Below are positions 10,854 through 19,104 of a stretch of DNA of 64,000 nucleotides, in pieces; positions within the stretch are counted from its first letter, which is position 1; the number at the start of each line of letters is the position of its first letter. A model generated the notes under the pieces. It saw only the letters and a list, made by a program, of their open reading frames with translations. It had not been told where the DNA came from and ran no database searches. Source of the stretch: an uncultured bacterium (GTDB taxonomy: Bacteria; Edwardsbacteria; AC1; EtOH8); NCBI GenBank assembly GCA_963780225.1, contig CAWAAX010000004.1, positions 1 through 64,000 of the forward strand, written 5' to 3'. The translations under genes and the position numbers were made by a program.

Positions 10854-11213
10854 ATGGGTAAATTGCTGGTAGTGGACGACGACCAGAACCTCCGGCTGTT
10901 GTACCAGAAGGAACTGGAGGCCATGGGTCACCAGATCACCACCGCCGCCTCGGCCGAAGAGGCCAGGCAGTGCTTTGAAAGGGAAAAGCCGGAGCTGGTG
11001 GTGCTGGACCTGAAGCTGACGGCCGAGGAGGGCGGCCTGGAGGCCCTGCGCTGGATGCGGGATTTTGACCCCAGGATCCCCATCATCATCAATACTGCCT
11101 ACCCGGCCTACAAGGCGGATTTCTCCTCCTGGCTGGCCGATGCTTACATAGTAAAGTCCGGGAACCTGGATGAACTGAAAGTAACTATAAACAAACTTTT
11201 AACCAAAAACTAA
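10854..11213 (+). CDS. Single-domain response regulator (receiver only)
   Basis: LLVVDDD, LVVLDLKL, INTAY, YIVKS. Confidence 0.9.
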   Translation: MGKLLVVDDDQNLRLLYQKELEAMGHQITTAASAEEARQCFEREKPELVVLDLKLTAEEGGLEALRWMRDFDPRIPIIINTAYPAYKADFSSWLADAYIVKSGNLDELKVTINKLLTKN

Positions 11214-11231
11214 CATTAAAAGGAGAGCAAA

Positions 11232-12293
11232 GTGAAAAAGGTTCTGACCATTAGTTTTATGTTTTTGACCGTATTTTTGGTCAGCTCATCCGGCTATTCC
11301 CAGGACACCACAGGTATAGTGCAGTCTGAAACAGCCGTACAGACATTAGTTGCAAAGAAAAAGGCAGCATCCAAGTGGGAGTATTCAGTCAATTTTACCG
11401 GGAAAAAAGTGTCGGGGTATACGGAATTTCATATAAAATTTCCGGACTATGGTCTAGAGGGACATAGTCTTTTAGCCTTTCCCATAGATGGTATCAGTAG
11501 TTGTGCGAACTTTTCGTGTAAAAAAGTGATATCTAATAGCAAAGGCAGAGAATATGGATTTGATTTTTCAATAGAGAAGGTATTAACCAATCCCAAGGAA
11601 GCAATGGCTGATTCCGATTGGGTGACCTTACCTGGAGATGACAACCCAGCCCATAGATGGGTTACTGGCGCTACCAAATCTGATGCCGATTTAATTAGCT
11701 TTGGGGTAAATTGCCGTGCCAGATATAGTTTCCCCATGAATAAATTTGCAACCTGTGTTTTGGGGGTTGGATATCGTTATCAAAGTTATTACTATGATAT
11801 TAGAGGATTGTCTGGCTGGTATGAAGATCCTTACTATTATTATATAGTGTTGCCAGAATACTACGAAGGTCTCAATGTCCTTGACTATAATGTGAAGTAC
11901 CATCTGCCTTATGTGGGGTTGGATATTAATTTAAAAAATCAGGAAGGAATTGACCTCATAATTGGAGGTAATTATTATTATGCCATGGCCAATGATTTTG
12001 ATGATCATCTTTTAAGATACAAGAATTCTGAAAGCCATTGTAAAGGTTCCGGTTATACACTTTCCGGCGCCACACGAATAAAAGTCATTACATTTAAAAG
12101 CGGCCAAACTCTGTTTTTATGCGGAGGCTACAGTATTACCAGAATTAAAACCACGGGGACCCAAGTGCAAAAATATTATGGCGATGATCCAAATACGCCT
12201 AATGAGGAAATAATTACCACAAGTGATAGCATTGATAACACAATATCATTAAAACAAAATACAATAACTGCCCAGATAGAATATCAGTTTTAA
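11232..12293 (+). CDS. Omptin-family outer-membrane protease-like protein
   Basis: Signal peptide, MADSDW and NDFDDHLLR motifs, C-terminal YQF, AT-rich; AGGAG RBS with GTG start. Confidence 0.7.
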   Translation: MKKVLTISFMFLTVFLVSSSGYSQDTTGIVQSETAVQTLVAKKKAASKWEYSVNFTGKKVSGYTEFHIKFPDYGLEGHSLLAFPIDGISSCANFSCKKVISNSKGREYGFDFSIEKVLTNPKEAMADSDWVTLPGDDNPAHRWVTGATKSDADLISFGVNCRARYSFPMNKFATCVLGVGYRYQSYYYDIRGLSGWYEDPYYYYIVLPEYYEGLNVLDYNVKYHLPYVGLDINLKNQEGIDLIIGGNYYYAMANDFDDHLLRYKNSESHCKGSGYTLSGATRIKVITFKSGQTLFLCGGYSITRIKTTGTQVQKYYGDDPNTPNEEIITTSDSIDNTISLKQNTITAQIEYQF

Positions 12294-12325
12294 ATCAATA
12301 TTATATTTATGGAGAGACACCAAAA

Positions 12326-13177
12326 TTGAACCTTTTTAAGACAATCATCCTGATGTCCGGGCTTACTGTTCTACTGGTTCTGCTGGGCGGATATTATGGC
12401 GGCCAGCAGGGCGCGATCATGGCCCTGCTTTTTGCCGGGGGGCTGAACTTCGTTGCCTACTGGTTCTCGGACAAGATCGCACTTATGAGCTACAAGGCCC
12501 AGCCGGTGACCGAGGCCGAGGCCCCCGAGCTCTACAACATGGTGCGGACCCTTGCCACCCGGGCCTCCCTCCCAATGCCCAAGCTCTACATCATTCCTTC
12601 GGCCTCGCCCAACGCCTTTGCCACCGGGCGCGACCCCCAGCATGCGGCGGTGGCGGTGACCCAGGGCATCATGCAGCTTTTGAACCGCCAGGAGCTGGAA
12701 GGGGTGATAGCCCACGAGCTGGCCCACGTCCAGCACCGGGACATCCTGATAGCCACGGTGGTGGCCACCATTGCCGGGGCCATCACCATGATAGCCCGGA
12801 TGGCGGGCTACGCCGCCATGTTCGGTGGCTACGGCGGCGACCGGGACCGCGACCGGGGCGGCGGGGGCCTGGGAATGATCCTGATGATGATCCTGGCTCC
12901 CATAGCCGCGCTGCTGATCAAAATGTGGATCTCCCGCACCCGGGAATACTCGGCCGACTCAGGCGGAGCTCTGATCGCCGGCTCCCCCCAGGGGCTGGCC
13001 AGCGCCCTGGAAAAACTTCAGGCTGGGGTGCAGATCGCGCCGATGAATGCCAATCCGGCCTCGTCGCATCTGTTCATCGTTAATCCGCTTTCGGGCAAAA
13101 GCCTGATGAGCCTGTTCTCCACCCATCCGCCGATCGAGGACCGGGTGGCAAAATTGAGGGCCATGGGCAGGGGGTAG
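12326..13177 (+). CDS. htpX: Zinc metalloprotease HtpX
   Basis: PNAFATGRDP, AHELAH, ISRTREYSAD, LFSTHPP. Confidence 0.95.
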   Translation: MNLFKTIILMSGLTVLLVLLGGYYGGQQGAIMALLFAGGLNFVAYWFSDKIALMSYKAQPVTEAEAPELYNMVRTLATRASLPMPKLYIIPSASPNAFATGRDPQHAAVAVTQGIMQLLNRQELEGVIAHELAHVQHRDILIATVVATIAGAITMIARMAGYAAMFGGYGGDRDRDRGGGGLGMILMMILAPIAALLIKMWISRTREYSADSGGALIAGSPQGLASALEKLQAGVQIAPMNANPASSHLFIVNPLSGKSLMSLFSTHPPIEDRVAKLRAMGRG

Positions 13178-13246
13178 ACTTGGGGCAAAAGTGAGTGTAT
13201 AATAATGGCAGAAACAAATATCCAAAATATTTTTATAAGGAACCTC

Positions 13247-16105
13247 ATGAGGGCAAGAAATCTTTTCATCTTTTCCTTGGTCCTGCTGGCGGTGGGAGCC
13301 GGGACCGTCCTGGCAGCTCCGGTAGAGCTCTATTTGGTAAAGTTTGTGCCGGGTACCGATGTTTACCGGCTGGCCGGATCCCAGAACTGGCCCCTATATC
13401 ATATCTCTGGCCAACAAGCCCTGATGGGAAAGCGGTTATCTGGAGCGGATAGCAAAGCGGTGATGGGATCCTCCCTGGTCTATCGCGGCCTATCGGAAAA
13501 TCTTCGCTGGGTAAATCTCAAAAGAAACAGCCAGCTGCCAGCCATAAAGGCTATTTATTCGGGAAAAGACATGGTGTTAACGGAGTCTGCTGCTGTAGCC
13601 GCAGCCGGAGTAAAAAGCGGGCGGGACTATATGGTTAAATCTTTTAATCCCCAGTCTATGGTGATAGCTCCGGCCGCAGTCATCAATACCTCAAGCTTGG
13701 CCAGGGATACCATGGTGGCAACGCTGGTCCATCTGGTGGATTCCGCCCAGGTCCGCACCCGGATAGAAGCGATGCAGTCATTTGACACCAGGTTCCTGGA
13801 CGCCGCCAACCACGACTCGGTGGTGGGATGGATCCGGAATCAGTTCCTGGACATGGGCATTGCCGACATCCGAACGGATACTTTTGACATCGGTTTCGGC
13901 CTGCAACAACATAACATCATCGCTACTATTCCCGGTCTCTTGGATACTTCTGTAGTATACATTGTGGGGGGACACTACGATTCTTACAGTCCTGATGTTT
14001 ATAACCAGGCCCCAGGGGCCGACGACAACGCATCGGGCACGGTGGCGGCCATGGAGATGGCCCGGGTGCTGTCTATGCCCGGAAACCAGCCCAATTGCAC
14101 GGTCAGGTTCATCGCCTTTGATGCAGAGGAATACGGCCTATATGGCAGCGAGTATTACGCCCAACAAGCCCTGACTGAGGGAATGAATATCGGATGCATG
14201 CTTAATTACGACATGATAGGATATAAAGGGAACGACAGCTCTTTTGTCTCCAAACTCAATCCCGGTTCCGAAAGCTATGCCTACATGCTGGGCCAAATGG
14301 CAGGATGGTATGGCCGGCTGGCCGACACTAACCTAGTGCCGGAATATAACAGCGTGTATTTAAACGGCAGCGACAGCTGGGAATTTTCCATCCGCGGGTT
14401 TCCGGTGACCTATAGCGAAGAACTGGTATTCAGCACTGTTTATCACCAGACCAATGACAGCACCACCTACATGAGCATGCGTTACTGCACCAGCATTATT
14501 AAGGCAGGTATGGGGCTTTTGGGCACGCTGGCCAATTATCCCCAGAAGGTCAGTGGTTTAGCAGCTACCGATGTTGGGAACGGGACGCAGTTATATATTC
14601 AATGGCATCCAAACACGGCCAGCAATGTAACCGGCTATAAACTTTATTGGGGAAAAACCAGCGGCAGTTATACGGATTCCCTGCCAATTGCCGGTACCTC
14701 GTACACGATCGACGGATTGACTGCCGACAGTTTGTGTTATATCGGTATCATAGCAATAGATTACGACGGCAAAGAAAGCCCTATGATTAGCGAAATATCC
14801 GGTGTTCCTAAAACTGTACCTCTGGCGCCATCGGGATTAACCGCCACCCCAGTGGATTCAGGGATTTCACTGAACTGGAATAAGAACTTGGAGCTGGACC
14901 TATCGGGATATGATATATACCGCAGGATAGACGGCGGTACGTTTGTCAGTTTATCCAGCACGGGGGATACCTTTTTGCTGGACAAGCCATTAGCTGGAGA
15001 TAGCCGGTATTACTACAAGATCAGAGCTCGGGACACCGATGGAAATGCCGGCCTTTTGTCCGACTCGGCCTACGGTCGCCCCATCACCCTGGACCAGGGG
15101 ATATTGGTGGTGGACGAGACCAATAACTGGACCGCCGGAAGTTTCCCACGTGATGCCCAACAGGATAGCTTTTACAACTATATAATGGCAGGTTATAAAT
15201 ACGAACCCTACGAGTATGGGTCAACCCTGCAAAAGCCGGTATTGGGTGACTTTGGGCCTTATACCACGGTAGTCTGGCTGTCTGACGACTATACTACCAT
15301 GCTGGCCTCCGGGGCAGTTAATGATATGAAGAGTTATCTGGACTATGGAGGTAAACTTTGGTTAGCCGGATGGAAACCGACTGGTGACATCCGGAATAGT
15401 ACCATCTATCCCACGGACTTTAGCTCCGGGAATATACTTTACGATCAGTTTAAGATAACGCATGCCGAGCTATCTGGCCTGACGGACTCCTTTAAGACGG
15501 CCATAGGCTTAAAAGGGTACCCTGACATCACCATAGACACCTTGAAATATCCATCAACTCTATGGGGAAAGACCTTTCGGAATATTGAGGCTCTGACCCC
15601 GTTGGCCGGAGCCGACACCATCTACGTGATGGACATGAAGAATAATGGAAGCCCCTACGAAGGCCGAGCCTGCGCGGTGCGGGACTCGGGCAAGACTGTG
15701 TTCTTCGGTTTTCCGCTGTACTTTATGGACCGGGAACAGGTGAAACTGTCAGTCCAGCAGGTGATGCTTGAGTTTGGAGAAGAGCCGCTGGGGATCAGCG
15801 GGGGCACAGATAACAGGGGACAGATAACAGTGGTCAGACTATTCCAGAATGCCCCCAATCCGTTCAGTGATCAGACCTCAATAAGCTACCAGCTGCCAAA
15901 GGCCGGGCAGGTCAAGTTGAATGTCTACAACATAGCTGGCCAAAAGGTGAAAACTCTGGTAGATGAGGCACAACAAGCCGGGAGCTATACAATCAAATGG
16001 GACCGGCACGACAACAAAGGTAGACAGGTCAGCGCCGGGGTGTATATCTATAATTTAAGCATCGGGGATCAGACTCAAACCAGGAAGATGATATTGCTGA
16101 AGTAA
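13247..16105 (+). CDS. Secreted M28-family peptidase with 2 FN3 domains and a FlgD-Ig/T9SS-like C-terminal domain (paralog 1)
   Basis: GGHYDS, GADDNASG, AEEYGLYGS, NYDMIG, SD, YH; QNAPNPF...G.Y tail. Start 13247 preferred over 13205 because TATAAT lies at ~13198. Confidence 0.88.
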   Translation: MRARNLFIFSLVLLAVGAGTVLAAPVELYLVKFVPGTDVYRLAGSQNWPLYHISGQQALMGKRLSGADSKAVMGSSLVYRGLSENLRWVNLKRNSQLPAIKAIYSGKDMVLTESAAVAAAGVKSGRDYMVKSFNPQSMVIAPAAVINTSSLARDTMVATLVHLVDSAQVRTRIEAMQSFDTRFLDAANHDSVVGWIRNQFLDMGIADIRTDTFDIGFGLQQHNIIATIPGLLDTSVVYIVGGHYDSYSPDVYNQAPGADDNASGTVAAMEMARVLSMPGNQPNCTVRFIAFDAEEYGLYGSEYYAQQALTEGMNIGCMLNYDMIGYKGNDSSFVSKLNPGSESYAYMLGQMAGWYGRLADTNLVPEYNSVYLNGSDSWEFSIRGFPVTYSEELVFSTVYHQTNDSTTYMSMRYCTSIIKAGMGLLGTLANYPQKVSGLAATDVGNGTQLYIQWHPNTASNVTGYKLYWGKTSGSYTDSLPIAGTSYTIDGLTADSLCYIGIIAIDYDGKESPMISEISGVPKTVPLAPSGLTATPVDSGISLNWNKNLELDLSGYDIYRRIDGGTFVSLSSTGDTFLLDKPLAGDSRYYYKIRARDTDGNAGLLSDSAYGRPITLDQGILVVDETNNWTAGSFPRDAQQDSFYNYIMAGYKYEPYEYGSTLQKPVLGDFGPYTTVVWLSDDYTTMLASGAVNDMKSYLDYGGKLWLAGWKPTGDIRNSTIYPTDFSSGNILYDQFKITHAELSGLTDSFKTAIGLKGYPDITIDTLKYPSTLWGKTFRNIEALTPLAGADTIYVMDMKNNGSPYEGRACAVRDSGKTVFFGFPLYFMDREQVKLSVQQVMLEFGEEPLGISGGTDNRGQITVVRLFQNAPNPFSDQTSISYQLPKAGQVKLNVYNIAGQKVKTLVDEAQQAGSYTIKWDRHDNKGRQVSAGVYIYNLSIGDQTQTRKMILLK

Positions 16106-16120
16106 AATAATGAGCAAGCG

Positions 16121-16152
16121 AACAGGCCGTCTTTTAAAGACGGCCTGTTTTT
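16121..16152 (+). terminator. Rho-independent terminator
   Basis: aacaggccgtc-ttttaaa-gacggcctgtt followed by a T run. Confidence 0.8.
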
Positions 16153-16163
16153 GTTAAATAACA

Positions 16164-16192
16164 TTGACAAAAAGCAGGATCAGATATATAGT
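16164..16192 (+). promoter_or_regulatory. Sigma70-type promoter for paralogs 2-3
   Basis: TTGACA-17-TATAGT. Confidence 0.65.
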
Positions 16193-16232
16193 TAAGCTAT
16201 AAGAGAATACCATAATAAAAGGAAGGCGTACT

Positions 16233-19103
16233 ATGAAACGGCTATGCCTGCTGGCAATAATATCGGTATTGGTTCTTACCAGCAATAAAGGTATATGTGG
16301 GCCGGTATTGATCTCGGTAGAACTGCCGGGCATGGAGAGCAAGAAAGCCTGGCACCAGCTTGCCATACCTACCTATGAACTGATAGACAATACCGCCATT
16401 GCGGAAACGGAAGAAAGCCAAATTAGTGCATTGAAGCAAAAAGGCTACCCAATAGAGATAATCGACCGTCAGCCTGATCTGTCCAAGTATGTGATGGTGT
16501 CAAACTATGATAAGGCTCAAGAGCTAAAGGATGTTCCGATCTGGCAGAGTGAGAGGACAGCACTGGTAAAGATAGAATCAAAGGATATTCTAAATTATAA
16601 AGGTATGAAAGATGGCATCCGGCCAATCAATAAACAGTCATTGGTGGATAGGTTTTGGTCGCAGGTGCTTACAACAAATATCCCCTGCAGTTCGCTTCCC
16701 GTTGATCCGATAGTTCAGGACATAGTGGATAGTGTTAATACCGATAGCATTGCGTCATATATTTCCCGGCTGGTCGCGTTTTATACCCGGTTTTCAAGGA
16801 CCGATAGCGGCGCTGCGGCTGGGCAGTGGATTCACGATAAATTTACGGCATGGGGATATCCGGCAGTATTCGATACCTTCTATGTTGATGCTTATTCAGC
16901 GGGATACGACCGTAACGTCATCGGAAGTTCAATGGGAATGTATACCCCTACACGAGAAATCATCATAGGGGGGCATTATGACTCCTATGGATCACCAGAT
17001 CCAAGTAGTGTAGCCCCTGGAGCTGATGATGATGCTACTGGTACTGCAGTGGCTTTGGAAGCAGCCAGGGTTTGCCGGGGAATATCATTCGAACCCACCA
17101 TCAGGTATTTTGGATTCGGTTGCGAGGAACTGGGGCTCTACGGGAGCACTCACTATGCTAACGCCGCAGATTCGCAGAACACAGATATTGGGGCGGTATT
17201 GAATAGCGATATGTTAGGGTGGGGCTCGTTCGGTTATATAACAGGTGGTACGGAATGGTTGCGTAACCTTCTTGCCATGGTCACGGCGAAATATGTGCCA
17301 ACTCTTGTCATAAGTACACAAACACCGCCATTATGTGATGCACTGCCTTTTTATAATCTGGGATATCCAGCCGTTATGTCCATAGAGAGTAGGTGGACTT
17401 ATAACATTTATATTAATTCTGTGCACGATAGCATTGTCTACTTAGATCCCCTATTCTATACTGCTAACATTAAAGCCCAGATTGCCACGATGGCCGTGTT
17501 GGGCCGAATGCCGGGACCGGTCAATGGTGTGGTAATAAGGGATGCAGGTACTGGTAGCCACCTTTTTGTTCAATGGTCTCCCCGTCCGGAACTAGACGTA
17601 CAGGGCTATAAATTGCTAATCGGCAGTCAAAGCGGGATATATAGTGACAGCATATATGTATCGGGACGATTGTCAAGTAGTGACACCATAGATAATTTGA
17701 AAGCTGATTCTACATGTTTTATCACAATATGGGCCATGGACAAGGATGGCTACAGCAGTTGTTATGCCACGGAGTTTACCGGAATACCGCAAGTAGTTCC
17801 CAAAGCGCCGGCCAATGTTTGCCTCGAGCCGATAGACTCCGGCATAGCCTTAACCTGGAACCGTAATTATGATCTTGACCTGGCGGGGTACCGGATTTAT
17901 CGAAGGACCGACAGTCTCGCATCCTACGACAGCCTTAACGCCGGCCTGACATTGGATACCACCTACACCGATAAACCATTGGGCGGGGACAACAAGTACT
18001 ATTACTATGTCAAGGCCATAGACTATGACGGCAACAGCAGCCCGGGAAGCGATACCATCCCCGGCCGTCCGATCACCATGGACCAGGGGATCCTGTTGGT
18101 GGACGAAACGGATGATATGCCGTATGGGGGCGCGACCGGGGATACCAGCGCCGAGACAAGCCAGGATAGTTTGTATCATTATGTTTTAGGGGATAATCAA
18201 TACCGGGAGTACGAGTATAACAGCGGCAATTCCAAACCGGAATATATAGATTATACGCCCTATGGTATGGTGATATGGGTGGCGGATGATTATAGCGAAC
18301 TGCTGGCTTGGGAATGCTTGGAGGGTTTGAAGAAATATCTGGATATAGGGGGCAGGTTGCTGTTGGCCGGCTGGAAACCGAGTATGGACCTGAGAGATAC
18401 CTTTACCTATCCCTATCCGGTAGATTTTGGGGCCGGAACATTCATCCATGATTATCTAAGGATAAGCCGGGTGGAAATATCAACCTCCGTGGACAGCTTT
18501 TTAACGGCAAGAGGGCTATTGAACTACCCCGGCATACCGGTTGATGCGGCAAAATACCCGGTAAATACCTGGGGTGGTACGCTGAGATATGTGGAGTTGC
18601 TGACGCCGGTGGCCCCGGCCGAAGGGATCTATTCCGCGGACTTTAAGAACGATAACAGCGTCCATCAGAATAAAGTCTGCGGGGTAAGGTACCTGGGAGA
18701 TGATTATAAGACCTGTTATCTGGGATATCCCCTGTATTATATGGAAAAGGACCAGGTTAAGATCCTGATCGAAAGAGTGCTGGATGATTTTAATGGAGTG
18801 CAGAACGATCCACTGCCGGTAACATATGTAGCCGGGCTGCAACAGAATGCTCCTAATCCGTTCAGTCAATACACTGCTATTAGTTATCAATTAGAAAAAC
18901 CGGGGTTGGTCAATTTGAAAATCTACAACATAACTGGACAACTAGTAAAGATATTGGATGATGGATATCGGATCTCGGGGGCCTATAGTATTAATTGGGA
19001 CGGAAGAGATGAAAGCGGCCTAAAGGTCAGCAGTGGTGTATATATATATCACTTAAACATCGGTAATAAGGCTCTAAACAAGAAAATGACAATTTTGAAA
19101 TGA
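16233..19103 (+). CDS. Secreted M28-family peptidase-FN3-FlgD (paralog 2)
   Basis: GGHYDS, GADDDATG, CEELGLYGS, NSDML; QNAPNPF tail. Confidence 0.88.
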   Translation: MKRLCLLAIISVLVLTSNKGICGPVLISVELPGMESKKAWHQLAIPTYELIDNTAIAETEESQISALKQKGYPIEIIDRQPDLSKYVMVSNYDKAQELKDVPIWQSERTALVKIESKDILNYKGMKDGIRPINKQSLVDRFWSQVLTTNIPCSSLPVDPIVQDIVDSVNTDSIASYISRLVAFYTRFSRTDSGAAAGQWIHDKFTAWGYPAVFDTFYVDAYSAGYDRNVIGSSMGMYTPTREIIIGGHYDSYGSPDPSSVAPGADDDATGTAVALEAARVCRGISFEPTIRYFGFGCEELGLYGSTHYANAADSQNTDIGAVLNSDMLGWGSFGYITGGTEWLRNLLAMVTAKYVPTLVISTQTPPLCDALPFYNLGYPAVMSIESRWTYNIYINSVHDSIVYLDPLFYTANIKAQIATMAVLGRMPGPVNGVVIRDAGTGSHLFVQWSPRPELDVQGYKLLIGSQSGIYSDSIYVSGRLSSSDTIDNLKADSTCFITIWAMDKDGYSSCYATEFTGIPQVVPKAPANVCLEPIDSGIALTWNRNYDLDLAGYRIYRRTDSLASYDSLNAGLTLDTTYTDKPLGGDNKYYYYVKAIDYDGNSSPGSDTIPGRPITMDQGILLVDETDDMPYGGATGDTSAETSQDSLYHYVLGDNQYREYEYNSGNSKPEYIDYTPYGMVIWVADDYSELLAWECLEGLKKYLDIGGRLLLAGWKPSMDLRDTFTYPYPVDFGAGTFIHDYLRISRVEISTSVDSFLTARGLLNYPGIPVDAAKYPVNTWGGTLRYVELLTPVAPAEGIYSADFKNDNSVHQNKVCGVRYLGDDYKTCYLGYPLYYMEKDQVKILIERVLDDFNGVQNDPLPVTYVAGLQQNAPNPFSQYTAISYQLEKPGLVNLKIYNITGQLVKILDDGYRISGAYSINWDGRDESGLKVSSGVYIYHLNIGNKALNKKMTILK
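17925..18932 (+). repeat. ~1 kb near-identical direct repeat, copy A (copy B at 20461-21468)
   Basis: Direct comparison at a constant offset of 2536 bp, with one ~80 bp divergent patch. Confidence 0.95.
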
Positions 19104-19104
19104 A

